Source of the DNA: an uncultured Eubacteriales bacterium
GTDB lineage: Bacteria; Bacillota; Clostridia; Oscillospirales; CAG-272
NCBI GenBank assembly: GCA_905210485.1
Contig: CAJLXA010000005.1
Location: 1-61,526 of the forward strand
Direction: 5' to 3'
DNA length: 61,526 bases
Below are positions 1-8,890 of the stretch, piece by piece. The notes under the pieces were generated by a model. It worked only from the letters and a program-made list of their open reading frames with translations. It was not told the DNA's origin and did no database searches. The translations under genes were made by a program, and so were the position numbers. The first letter of the stretch is position 1; each line of letters opens with the position of its first letter.

Positions 1-103
1 CCCGTGCAAGCCGCGAAGGATCGGCGGCAGGCATGGCTTCCGTCGCATCTATGTAGATATAGTCGTTTCCGCAGGCCTGCATTTTTGTAAAAGCAATTTT
101 CAT
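1..103 (-). CDS. dapF: diaminopimelate epimerase, N-terminal fragment (gene runs off left edge)
   Basis: The reverse complement from the ATG at 103-101 reads MKIAFTKMQACGNDYIYIDATEAMPAADPSRLAR. The FTKMxxxGNDY(I/V)Y block is the DapF N-terminal signature. The gene starts 10 nt downstream of dapB on the same strand. Confidence 0.7.
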   Translation of the reverse strand, partial: MKIAFTKMQACGNDYIYIDATEAMPAADPSRLAR

Positions 104-112
104 AAATCCTCC

Positions 113-847
113 TTAAAATGAAAGAAGCATGTCGGATACGCTGTAAAGTCCCGGCGGTTTTCCCGACAAAAATGCCGCCGCCTTTAAAGCGCCGCGCGCG
201 AAGAGACGGCGATCGTGCGCTTCGTGACGCAATATCAGCGTTTCGTCCTTTGCCGCAATGGTGATTTCGTGATCGCCGACCGCGTCTCCGATGCGCAGGC
301 TGTGGATACCGATTTCATTCGGTTCTGCACGATGGTGCCCCTTGCGCCCGGCAAGAAAAACGGCGTTTTTACGTTCGTCGGCCATTGCACGCGCAAGCAT
401 CAGCGCGGTGCCGCTCGGTGCGTCGAGTTTTCCGCGGCGGTGCCGTTCCACAATCTCAACGTCCGCATCGGGGAAAAAAGTCATAACGCGCCGCGCAAGT
501 TCCGACAGAAGCGCAACGCCGACCGACATATTGGCGGAATAAAACACGGGAATGGTTTCCGACGCGCGTCGGATAGCGGCCACTTCGGGAATAGTGTGTC
601 CTGTGGTGGCGATCACGGCGGGAATTCCGTGCTTTTCGGCATAAGGAAGAAGCGATTCCACGGCGGCGTGGTGTGAAAAATCAATGATGGCGTCGGCACC
701 GTCTGTGTAGGCGGCAATGTCTTTCAGCATGCTGTCGCCGCCATGCGGATCAATGGCGGCAACTATGTGCGTCGTTTCGGTTTCCGCGGCGACTTCACGG
801 ACATAGGCGCCCATGCGTCCGGCGGCTCCGCATAGAATAATGTTCAT
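113..847 (-). CDS. dapB: 4-hydroxy-tetrahydrodipicolinate reductase
   Basis: 244-aa ORF. N-terminal Rossmann motif MNIILCGAAGRMG and E(R)HHxxKxDAPSGTA-like block (ERHRRGKLDAPSGTAL). RBS AAGGAGG upstream. Confidence 0.9.
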   Translation of the reverse strand: MNIILCGAAGRMGAYVREVAAETETTHIVAAIDPHGGDSMLKDIAAYTDGADAIIDFSHHAAVESLLPYAEKHGIPAVIATTGHTIPEVAAIRRASETIPVFYSANMSVGVALLSELARRVMTFFPDADVEIVERHRRGKLDAPSGTALMLARAMADERKNAVFLAGRKGHHRAEPNEIGIHSLRIGDAVGDHEITIAAKDETLILRHEAHDRRLFARGALKAAAFLSGKPPGLYSVSDMLLSF

Positions 848-950
848 GTTCCGCCTCCTTTAATATAAAGAAATGCGGAATACGGCAATTATGTGCGAAA
901 ATGCAAAAAAGGAGAACGAATTCTCCTTTTGCGCGGAATTTTACGGCAAT

Positions 951-1748
951 TTATGAAAGGCGGTTCGGCAGAAAACCGATAAGCGTCAGCCAGTTGCGGA
1001 GAAGCGTTGTCCATTGAGCCGCGTGAGGTTGGTCGGGACAAATGCCGATGCCGTGCACACCGTAGGGGAAAATATGCATTTCGCAGGGAACGGAAAGACG
1101 GCGAAGCGTCGTGGCATAGCGATAACTGTTTTCCACATGTACCGCGTTGTCCGCGGCGGTATGCCAGATAAAGGTTTGCGGCGTTTTTTCGTCGGCAATC
1201 AGTTCGGGACTGTAATGCGCGCGTTCCCCGTAACGGTCGCCGAGAAGATTCCGGTAAGAGCCGATGTGCGCAATGCTTTCATCGGAGGAAATCACGGGGT
1301 AGCAGAGAATGGCGGCGTTCGGAAGGTAATCTTCCGTATCGGTCTTGTCGGCATTTTCACCGTCGAGCGCGCCGCGGTAGGTGGAGACGAGCGCCGCGAG
1401 ATGCCCGCCGGCCGAGGAACCCATGACGGCAATTTTGTCTTTTGCAATGCCGAATTTTTCAGCGTTTTTGCGGACGAAGCGCACAGCGCGGCGCGCGTCA
1501 AGCAATTCATCGGGGAAGTGCGCCGGCGCAACGCGGTAGTCGACGACAAAAGCGGTGATGCCGAAAGTGTTCAGCATACGGGCATATCCTTCGCCTTCAT
1601 GGTCGGCGCGCATCGCATAGCCGCCGCCGGGATAAATAACGACGGCCGCGTCGGTCGCCTTCTGGAGCGGAGGATAGCAGGTAATGCGCGGAATCTCGGT
1701 TTCGGTTCCGGGGATATTTTTTTCCCAAAGATCAAAGATTTCGGCCAT
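951..1748 (-). CDS. alpha/beta hydrolase fold-3 esterase/lipase
   Basis: 265 aa. Oxyanion-hole motif YPGGGY, nucleophile elbow GSSAGGHLA, C-terminal His (GVHG). RBS AAGGAG. Confidence 0.8.
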   Translation of the reverse strand: MAEIFDLWEKNIPGTETEIPRITCYPPLQKATDAAVVIYPGGGYAMRADHEGEGYARMLNTFGITAFVVDYRVAPAHFPDELLDARRAVRFVRKNAEKFGIAKDKIAVMGSSAGGHLAALVSTYRGALDGENADKTDTEDYLPNAAILCYPVISSDESIAHIGSYRNLLGDRYGERAHYSPELIADEKTPQTFIWHTAADNAVHVENSYRYATTLRRLSVPCEMHIFPYGVHGIGICPDQPHAAQWTTLLRNWLTLIGFLPNRLS

Positions 1749-1930
1749 GATATAAACTCCTTAATAATGAAACAATATCGGTAAATAATGTCGTTTTTTT
1801 GCCGGAATGAGCGGAAGCGTCCGCTCGGCAGAACAGACTGAATTTAAGATTTTCCGTGTGTATTATAGCATGGGTAAAAAGGCTTGTCAAGAAAAAAGCC
1901 GCGTTCTTTCGGAAAGTAAAGTTTTTTTTA

Positions 1931-1959
1931 TAGACAAACCCGGATAAATATGATACAAT
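1931..1959 (+). promoter_or_regulatory. sigma-A type promoter (TAGACA-N17-TACAAT with TGn extension)
   Basis: TAGACA at 1931-1936, 17-nt spacer, TGATACAAT at 1951-1959. Lies upstream of the HAD-GNAT-rqcH operon. Confidence 0.5.
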
Positions 1960-2010
1960 ATATAAAAATATGCGACGGCTGTGGCCGATGAAGAAAATAT
2001 ATGAACCGGG

Positions 2011-2670
2011 ATGTGTGATGTGATGAAAATAACGGATTTTGATTTTGTGGTATGGGATTTCAACGGCACATTGCTCGATGATGTGGCAATCGGGGTGGAA
2101 TCGGTAAACACGCTGTTGCGGCGCCGCGGTCTTCCGCCGATTCCGTCCCATGAACGGTACCGTGAGATATTCGGTTTCCCCGTTGAGGACTATTATCGCC
2201 GCGCGGGCTTCGATCTGGATAACGAACCGTATGATGCGGTGGCGCATGAATGGCTTGCGGAATACCGTCTTCGTGAAAAGCAGGCGCCTCTCCGCCGGGG
2301 AGCGGCGGAACTCATCGGTTTCTTTGACGAACGGCATATACCGCAGGCGGTTCTTTCCGCAACCGAAAGCCGTATGCTTGAAGAACAGCTTCGTGATCTC
2401 GGCATTGCAGAACGGTTTGCCGAAATCTGCGGGAACGACAATATCTATGCCGTTTCCAAAACCGAAACGGCCGTCAGATGGGCAAATATGCGCAACCGCG
2501 GGCGTATTCTGATGATCGGCGATACGCCGCATGATGCGGAAACGGCGCGGGCGACCGGTTTTGTTCCGGCGCTGGTTATGGGCGGACACAGCACGGAAAG
2601 TAAACTAAAGGCGGCAAATGAAGCGGTTTTTACATCGTTTGAAGAATTGAAAGAGACGCTTTTGCAATGA
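2011..2670 (+). CDS. HAD-superfamily hydrolase (phosphoglycolate phosphatase-like)
   Basis: ORF of 219 aa; the start may instead be the ATG at 2023 (MKITDFDF...). Motif I reads WDFNGTLLDD, a later S/T motif is present, and the C-terminal motif is GDTPHD. The stop overlaps the next start (ATGA). Confidence 0.75.
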   Translation: MCDVMKITDFDFVVWDFNGTLLDDVAIGVESVNTLLRRRGLPPIPSHERYREIFGFPVEDYYRRAGFDLDNEPYDAVAHEWLAEYRLREKQAPLRRGAAELIGFFDERHIPQAVLSATESRMLEEQLRDLGIAERFAEICGNDNIYAVSKTETAVRWANMRNRGRILMIGDTPHDAETARATGFVPALVMGGHSTESKLKAANEAVFTSFEELKETLLQ

Positions 2671-3335
2671 AAATTCTATGGCAGGCAGAAGATGAGGAAT
2701 TTGTTATCGGCAACGATTTTGAAATGGCGATACCGATTTCGTATGAAGAAATTTCCGGCGATGTCACCGTTTTCGCCTATCCGTCTGTGAAAAAAGAAAC
2801 GGAGTCCTTTCTTAGAGCGCATGCAAAGGATCTGTTTTCCGATGTCGCGCTCGCCGATCTTTATCGCGCCATGGCGCCTTTTCTTAAAGCGCACGGGTAT
2901 ACCGACGACCGTTTCCGCGATCGTTGGGGATATATTTTCCGCGGAACGGCATCTTATGACGGCATAAAAGCCGAGAGGCTTGCCGCCGCCGATGAAGAAT
3001 ACAATCGCACGACCTATGATCTTGCTTTGTCCGATGAGGACGGACGGTTGATGTACGGCGTGAAAGAGAACGGTTATGTCGTTGCGGTGGCGGTTACGCA
3101 CGAAAATGTCGATGACGCGAAAAGCGTAATGGAGGTCGGTGTGGAGACCGTTCCTCCGATCCGCGGACGCGGCTATGCGAAGGCCTGCCTTTCTGCATTG
3201 TCGCAGGCACTCAAGGCGCGCAGAATGGAAACGGAATATCGCTGTCAACGGTATAACCGCGCTTCCTATGCGGTTGCCGCGGGAGCGGGACTATCCCCGG
3301 TGGGAAAATATTACTATTATGTAGGGAGAAAATAA
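2667..3335 (+). CDS. GNAT-family N-acetyltransferase
   Basis: 222 aa. C-terminal acetyl-CoA binding pattern VAVAVTHE...IRGRGYAKACLSAL. Confidence 0.65.
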   Translation: MKILWQAEDEEFVIGNDFEMAIPISYEEISGDVTVFAYPSVKKETESFLRAHAKDLFSDVALADLYRAMAPFLKAHGYTDDRFRDRWGYIFRGTASYDGIKAERLAAADEEYNRTTYDLALSDEDGRLMYGVKENGYVVAVAVTHENVDDAKSVMEVGVETVPPIRGRGYAKACLSALSQALKARRMETEYRCQRYNRASYAVAAGAGLSPVGKYYYYVGRK

Positions 3336-3336
3336 A

Positions 3337-5091
3337 ATGGCTTTTGACGCCGGCATGATGCATGCCGTTCTTTATGAGGTACGGGAAAAATGCCTGGACG
3401 CGAAAGTGGAAAAGATCGCGCAACCCGGTAACGATGAAGTCAATGTCCTGTTGAAAAAAAACGGGAAAACCGAAAGACTTGTTATCAATGTCGGCTCCGC
3501 GTCGCCGCGGCTTTCGCTTTCGGCAATCCGCAGAGAAAATCCTGTTACGCCGCCGAATTTCTGTATGTTGCTTCGCAAGCACTTTATCGGAGCGAAACTT
3601 TCCGACGTCAGTCAGGCGGGATTTGAACGCGTGGCTTTTCTGACCTTTGACGCATTTGACGAAATGGGGTATCCGACAAAGAAAACAATGGCCGTCGAGC
3701 TGATGGGGAAATATGCGAACCTCATTATCCTGTCGGAACAGAAGAAGATCCTCGCCGCGGCAAAATATGTGGATTTTTCGGCGAGCAGTATTCGTCAGAT
3801 TCTGCCGGGGATGACCTATGAACTGCCGCCGTCGCAGAATAAGACGGATCCGACGGCAGAGACCGAAGAGGGCTTTCGTGAAAAACTTTGTCATGCCGCG
3901 CAGGACACGCCGGCGGAGAAATATCTGCTCGCCACCTATTGCGGTACGGCGGCGCAGGTTGCCCGCGATATTGTGTACCGTGCCTCCGGAGATATACATG
4001 CCCGCCTTTATGACATGGACGCAGAGGCGTTTTCCGCCGCATTCTTCCGGCAGATGGCCTTTCTGAAAGAAAATCGCTACACGCCGACGGTATATTACAG
4101 TGACGGCGGCGTACCGAAAGAGTATTTTTACATGTCGCCGGCGTATTTCGGAGCAGACGCCGATATTCGTGAAAAAGACAACTTCGGTTTACTTTTTGAC
4201 GATTATTTCGGAGAACGCGATCGCGTTCTCCGTATACGTGAGCGCGCGGCGGATCTGTTGCGCCTTCTATCGCATGCGGTGTCCCGCGTGGAGAAAAGAT
4301 TGGAACTGCAACGGGAAGAATTGCGTGCGGCCGAGAACGGCGACGCATACAAAAACGCCGGCGACATGGTGACCGCCAATATTTATCGGCTGAAAAAAGG
4401 CGACGCTTCCTTTACGGCCACCGATTATACGGCGGACCCGCCGTGCGACGTGACAGTGACGCTGGATACGCGACTGTCGCCCGCGCAAAACGCACAAAAA
4501 CTGTATAAGTTGTATACCAAGGCTAAGACGGCGCGGCGCGTGTTGACGGAACAGATCGCGTCGGGTGAGGACGAACTCCGCTATCTTACGTCCGTGGAAA
4601 GTTTTCTTGAGAGAAGTGAGACCGAGGACGACCTGTCCGAAATACGCGAGGAACTTTACCGCGCCGGCTATGCTTCAAAAATGAAGAACTATACACCGCC
4701 GAAAAACAGAAAGATGCATTTTCTGACTGCCGAAACATCGGGGGGATACAAGCTCTATTGCGGTCGCAACAATATGCAGAACGATTATCTTTCTTTCCGT
4801 GTGGCGGAAAAAGGCGACCTTTGGTTCCATGCGAAAAACATACCGGGATCGCATGTGATTCTGGTATGCGGCGGAGAAGAGCCGTCGGCGGAGGATTACA
4901 CCGAAGCGGCCGCTTTTGCGGCGTTTCATTCCAAGGCCGCGCAGTCGCCTCTTGCGGCAGTGGATTATACGCGTGTGAAAAATCTGAAAAAGCCTTCCGG
5001 CGGTAAACCCGGTCTTGTTATTTATCATCAGAATTATACGGCATATGTTGAGCCGCGGAATATAACGGAGAAAAAAGAAAACCATGATTGA
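3337..5091 (+). CDS. rqcH: ribosome quality-control protein RqcH (NFACT / FbpA family)
   Basis: 584 aa. N-terminus MAFDAGMMHAVLYEV, central coiled coil, C-terminal NFACT-R block (WFHAKNIPGSHVIL). Confidence 0.85.
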   Translation: MAFDAGMMHAVLYEVREKCLDAKVEKIAQPGNDEVNVLLKKNGKTERLVINVGSASPRLSLSAIRRENPVTPPNFCMLLRKHFIGAKLSDVSQAGFERVAFLTFDAFDEMGYPTKKTMAVELMGKYANLIILSEQKKILAAAKYVDFSASSIRQILPGMTYELPPSQNKTDPTAETEEGFREKLCHAAQDTPAEKYLLATYCGTAAQVARDIVYRASGDIHARLYDMDAEAFSAAFFRQMAFLKENRYTPTVYYSDGGVPKEYFYMSPAYFGADADIREKDNFGLLFDDYFGERDRVLRIRERAADLLRLLSHAVSRVEKRLELQREELRAAENGDAYKNAGDMVTANIYRLKKGDASFTATDYTADPPCDVTVTLDTRLSPAQNAQKLYKLYTKAKTARRVLTEQIASGEDELRYLTSVESFLERSETEDDLSEIREELYRAGYASKMKNYTPPKNRKMHFLTAETSGGYKLYCGRNNMQNDYLSFRVAEKGDLWFHAKNIPGSHVILVCGGEEPSAEDYTEAAAFAAFHSKAAQSPLAAVDYTRVKNLKKPSGGKPGLVIYHQNYTAYVEPRNITEKKENHD

Positions 5092-5644
5092 TCTGTTGGA
5101 ACTTCACAAATATTTTATATTGCAACACCTGAAGCCCGGCGATACGGCCGTTGATTTCACGATGGGGAACGGCAATGATACGGCGTTTCTTTCTATGACG
5201 GTCGGCGAAACGGGCAAAGTATACGCTTTCGACATTCAGGAGGGGGCTCTCGTCTCCACGGAACGCCATTTGCGCGCGTGCGGTTGTCCGGAAAACTATA
5301 CGTTGATACAGGCTTCTCATCATAGAGTTGCCGAATTTGTCCATGAACCGATCAAAGCGGGAATGTTCAACCTCGGTTATCTTCCGGGGAGCGGACATAA
5401 GGAGATCACGACAATGCGCGTCCCCACAATGCCGGCCGTTCTGGCCGCCATTGACCTCCTGGCGCCGGACGGCGTTTTGCTTGTAGCCGTTTATCCGGGG
5501 CATGAAGAGGGGGATCTTGAGGGACAGATGCTTGAAGAATATTTTTCCGGCCTTTCCCGCTTCCGTATATGTGCGTCAAAATTCCGTATCCTCAATTCGC
5601 CCACCTCGCCTTATTTTTATCTCGTTGAGAAAAAGGCGGAGTAA
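5084..5644 (+). CDS. class I SAM-dependent methyltransferase (YtqB/MnmM-like, putative RNA methylase)
   Basis: 186 aa. DFTMGNGNDTAFL...GKVYAFDIQ matches the SAM-binding motif of the YtqB family. Overlaps rqcH by 8 nt. Confidence 0.7.
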   Translation: MIDLLELHKYFILQHLKPGDTAVDFTMGNGNDTAFLSMTVGETGKVYAFDIQEGALVSTERHLRACGCPENYTLIQASHHRVAEFVHEPIKAGMFNLGYLPGSGHKEITTMRVPTMPAVLAAIDLLAPDGVLLVAVYPGHEEGDLEGQMLEEYFSGLSRFRICASKFRILNSPTSPYFYLVEKKAE

Positions 5645-5659
5645 TGTCGGCGGTGCCTG

Positions 5660-5700
5660 AAATATAAACCGGGTCAGCGATCCTGACCCGGTTTATATTT
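5660..5700 (+). terminator. intrinsic terminator of the rqcH-methyltransferase operon
   Basis: Perfect 18-bp stem (aaatataaaccgggtcag / ctgacccggtttatattt) with a 5-nt loop, followed by T-rich sequence. Confidence 0.85.
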
Positions 5701-5708
5701 TATAAAGA

Positions 5709-5737
5709 AAGAACCGCCTGTTGTACAGGCGGTTCTT
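5709..5737 (-). terminator. intrinsic terminator of the CNNM gene
   Basis: 12-bp stem aagaaccgcctg / caggcggttctt. On the minus strand it is followed by TTTCTTTATAAAA. Confidence 0.75.
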
Positions 5738-5821
5738 AAGGAATTTCGTGTCCGATTGGTTTATGGGACAGCGCGGCAAGGCGGGAGCGATCGCACGCGG
5801 AAAACCGCCGCGGGGAAGCGA

Positions 5822-7201
5822 TCAGTCATCGTCGGCTTTTTTGGTCTGATCCGCGTCCGTTGCGTTATCGGAATCGCTGTCTGTTTTGGGGTCTTCGCGG
5901 CACACCAGCGCGCTGACCACCTGATGATCCTGCACGTCGGTCACCTTGATGACGAGGCCGCAGGTATTCACTTCAAAAGTCGTGCCGTCTTCGGGAATGG
6001 AACCGTAGGCGCTGAAGACAAGACCGCCGAATGTATCACAGTCTTCGGCGTCGAATTTTACGCCCAATGCCTCTTCCACCTCGGAAAGTTCGGCATCGCC
6101 GCGTATGCGCCATGTGTGAGAATCCACGGTTTCGATGGCGAGCGGTTTTTCTTCTTCCTGGGAATCGGATACGGCGTCGTCAAAGTCGCCGACGATACAT
6201 TCGATAAGGTCATTCATGGTGACGATACCGGCCATACCGCCGTATTCGTCAAGAACAATGGCAAAGCCGGTATGTTCTTTCTTCATATTATTGAAAAGAA
6301 CGTCCGCCTTTACGCTTTCGGGAACGAGGTATGCGGGTTTCACTGCATTGGCCATGACGTTGTCGCGGCTCTTGTCTTCGAGACGGAAATAGTCCTTTGC
6401 GTTCAGTACGCCGACAATATGGTCAACGGTTTCTTCACATACGGGATAAAGCGTGTGGCGGCTGTCATGAATGGTTTTATCCCATTCTTCGGGCGTTTCG
6501 TCCATCCAGAGCAGGGAAACGTCGGTACGGTGCGTGGCGATCTCGCCTGCCGTCGTATCGTCGAATTCAAAAACATTCTGAATCAGTTCGCGTTCGTCGG
6601 TGTCGATCGTGCCGTTCTGGGCGCCGATGTCCACCATCATGCGGATATCTTCTTCGCTGGCTTCTTCCTCAACGCTGTTCGGGTCAATGTCCAGAAGGCG
6701 GAGAACGCCGTTTGTCGAGGCGGTGAGCAGCCATACGAGCGGGGCAAAAATGCGGGAGATGAAAAGCAAAATCCCCGAAAGACCGAGCGCGATCTTTTCG
6801 GCATTGCGCATAGCCAGTCTTTTCGGCACCAGTTCGCCGAAGATCAGCGAAAGGTAGGAAAGAATGAAAGTAATGAGGATAACCGATATGGTCTTCAGCG
6901 TTCCGTCGGAAAGGGGAATGTGGATATTTTTCAGAAGTTGTACAAGGTACGGCGAAAAGTTATCGGCCGCGAAAGCACTGCCGAGAAAGCCGGCAAGTGT
7001 GATGGCTACCTGAATGGTGGCCAGAAATTTTGCGGGAACCGTGGTCAGTTTTTTCAGTCTGACGGCACGTTTGTCGCCCTCTTCGGCAAGCAGGGAAAGT
7101 TTCCCCTCGCTGACCTGAATGACGGCAATCTCCGCGCAGGCAAAAATAGCGTTAAGCAGAATCAGTGCAAGTTGCAGCAATACCATGAGCAATATGTCCA
7201 T
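5822..7201 (-). CDS. CNNM/CorC-family membrane protein (DUF21-CBS pair-CorC_HlyC; hemolysin-family annotation)
   Basis: 459 aa with an N-terminal multi-TM DUF21 region, a CBS pair and a C-terminal CorC_HlyC-like domain. RBS GGAGG. Confidence 0.85.
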   Translation of the reverse strand: MDILLMVLLQLALILLNAIFACAEIAVIQVSEGKLSLLAEEGDKRAVRLKKLTTVPAKFLATIQVAITLAGFLGSAFAADNFSPYLVQLLKNIHIPLSDGTLKTISVILITFILSYLSLIFGELVPKRLAMRNAEKIALGLSGILLFISRIFAPLVWLLTASTNGVLRLLDIDPNSVEEEASEEDIRMMVDIGAQNGTIDTDERELIQNVFEFDDTTAGEIATHRTDVSLLWMDETPEEWDKTIHDSRHTLYPVCEETVDHIVGVLNAKDYFRLEDKSRDNVMANAVKPAYLVPESVKADVLFNNMKKEHTGFAIVLDEYGGMAGIVTMNDLIECIVGDFDDAVSDSQEEEKPLAIETVDSHTWRIRGDAELSEVEEALGVKFDAEDCDTFGGLVFSAYGSIPEDGTTFEVNTCGLVIKVTDVQDHQVVSALVCREDPKTDSDSDNATDADQTKKADDD

Positions 7202-7290
7202 GTTAAAAATAAATCCTCCAAGACCGCCGGAATGTCCGGCAAATTTTTTATATGATTTTTATTTTATTCCGGGTTATCATGTTCAAAACC

Positions 7291-7345
7291 GCATAAAAGC
7301 ATAAAAAGACATAACCTATCCCCGAAAAGAAGCAGGCTATGTCTT
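7291..7345 (-). terminator. terminator-like hairpin inside the CNNM 5' leader (attenuator candidate)
   Basis: 12-bp stem (aagacataGcct / aggTtatgtctt, one G-U pair) with a 16-nt loop. It is followed on the minus strand by TTTTATGCTTTTATG. It lies between the promoter at 7452-7480 and the start at 7201. Confidence 0.6.
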
Positions 7346-7451
7346 GTATATATGTAAAATCATACGTAACGGAGGCTTTTCAGCATTCGCTGTACAGGCA
7401 TCGTCCATAAAGTGTGTGTTTCACCCCTTCTCAAACGGTAATATTATTATC

Positions 7452-7480
7452 ATTATACAGGATTCTGCGCAATTTGTCAA
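7452..7480 (-). promoter_or_regulatory. exact consensus sigma-A promoter for the CNNM gene
   Basis: The minus strand reads TTGACA (7480-7475), a 17-nt spacer, then TATAAT (7457-7452). Confidence 0.8.
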
Positions 7481-7519
7481 GAGTTTTGAAATGTATTTTT
7501 GTTGTTTTCACAAAAATAC

Positions 7520-7567
7520 ACCGAAAATGAACGGCGGAAGGCAGGGGCTGTACCTGTCTTCCGCCGT
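7520..7567 (-). terminator. intrinsic terminator of the glnA...purA operon
   Basis: Hairpin acggcggaaggcagg / cctgtcttccgccgt, 24 nt downstream of the purA stop. Followed on the minus strand by TCATTTTCGGTGTATTTTTG. Confidence 0.8.
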
Positions 7568-7590
7568 GTTCCGAATGATGGTATGGAAAA

Positions 7591-8859
7591 TCAGTCGATC
7601 TTTATATATTCGTCGCGTCCGGCGCCGACCGACACGTATTCAATCTTGCAACCGACGGCTTTTTCGATATAGCGGATATATTTTTTTGCCGCTTCGGGAA
7701 GTTCGTCATAGTTCCGGCAACGGGAGGTGTCGCCGAATCCGTCCATATATTCGATGACCGGTTTCGCGCGCAAAAGACGGTCGCCCGTCGGGAAATCGGT
7801 CGTTTTCACGCCGTCTATTTCATAGGCGGTACATACCGGAATTTTGTCGAGGTAAGCGAGAACATCGAGTTTTGTAAGCGCGATGCTTGTGGCGCCCTGC
7901 ATTCTGACGCCGTAACGGGAAGCCGGGACATCAAAAGGGCCGACGCGGCGCGGTCTGCCGGTTGCGGCGCCGTATTCACCGCCCGCCGCACGGAGTTTTT
8001 CGGCTTCTTCACCGAACATTTCGACGGTGAACGGTCCTTCACCCACGCAGGTGGAATAGGCTTTCATGATGCCGACGGTGCTGTCGAGACGTACGCCGGG
8101 GATGCCCGCGCCGATCGGCGCATAGGAGGCCAGCGTGGTGGAAGAAGACGTATAAGGATAAATACCGAAGTCGATGTCCCGGAGCGCGCCGAGCTGCGCT
8201 TCAAACATGATGTTTTTCCGATCGGCCACAGCCTGTTCGAGAAAAACGGTCACATCGGTGATATAAGGCGCTATTTTTTCGCCGTAGTGACGGAGCCATT
8301 CCATCATGTCTTCGGTTTTGACGGGAGCGTGTCCGTAGCCGGTGACGGTAATGTTTTTCCATTCCACAATGTCGCGCACTTTTTCTTCCAGTGTGTCCAT
8401 GTGAAGAAGGTCAGCCATGCGGATCCCTTTTTTCATGTATTTGTCCGCATAAACGGGGGCGATGCCGCGGCGCGTCGAACCGAATTTTTTATCGGCGAGA
8501 CGCTCTTCTTCCATTATATCCTGCATTTTGTGATAAGGCATGCAGACGATGGCTTTGTCGCTGATTTTCAGATTGTCGGGCGTGATCTTTATTCCTTTAT
8601 CGGTCAGCGATTTTATCTCGCCGACAAGGTGTTCGAGGTCGATGACCATGCCGTTGCCCATAACATTGACGGTGGTTTCGCGGAGAATACCGGACGGCAG
8701 GAGATTCAAAATGAATTTACCCTTGTCGTTTACAACGGTATGACCTGCGTTGTTGCCGCCCTGATAGCGGCAGATGATGTCGTAATCGGAGGACAGAAGA
8801 TCGACCATCCGGCCTTTTCCTTCGTCACCCCAGTTGATTCCCACGATGGCTGTAAGCAT
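7591..8859 (-). CDS. purA: adenylosuccinate synthetase
   Basis: 422 aa. N-terminal P-loop GINWGDEGKGRMVDLL and the GGNNAGHT motif. Confidence 0.95.
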   Translation of the reverse strand: MLTAIVGINWGDEGKGRMVDLLSSDYDIICRYQGGNNAGHTVVNDKGKFILNLLPSGILRETTVNVMGNGMVIDLEHLVGEIKSLTDKGIKITPDNLKISDKAIVCMPYHKMQDIMEEERLADKKFGSTRRGIAPVYADKYMKKGIRMADLLHMDTLEEKVRDIVEWKNITVTGYGHAPVKTEDMMEWLRHYGEKIAPYITDVTVFLEQAVADRKNIMFEAQLGALRDIDFGIYPYTSSSTTLASYAPIGAGIPGVRLDSTVGIMKAYSTCVGEGPFTVEMFGEEAEKLRAAGGEYGAATGRPRRVGPFDVPASRYGVRMQGATSIALTKLDVLAYLDKIPVCTAYEIDGVKTTDFPTGDRLLRAKPVIEYMDGFGDTSRCRNYDELPEAAKKYIRYIEKAVGCKIEYVSVGAGRDEYIKID

Positions 8860-8890
8860 ATGAATGTACCTCTTTCATTTAGATTCCGTA

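Noticed and set aside
7344-7757. 137-aa plus-strand ORF in the purA / CNNM intergenic region.
   Set aside because: It spans the minus-strand promoter, the purA terminator and the 3' end of purA. The sequence is low-complexity with no RBS. The region is better explained as a leader plus terminator.
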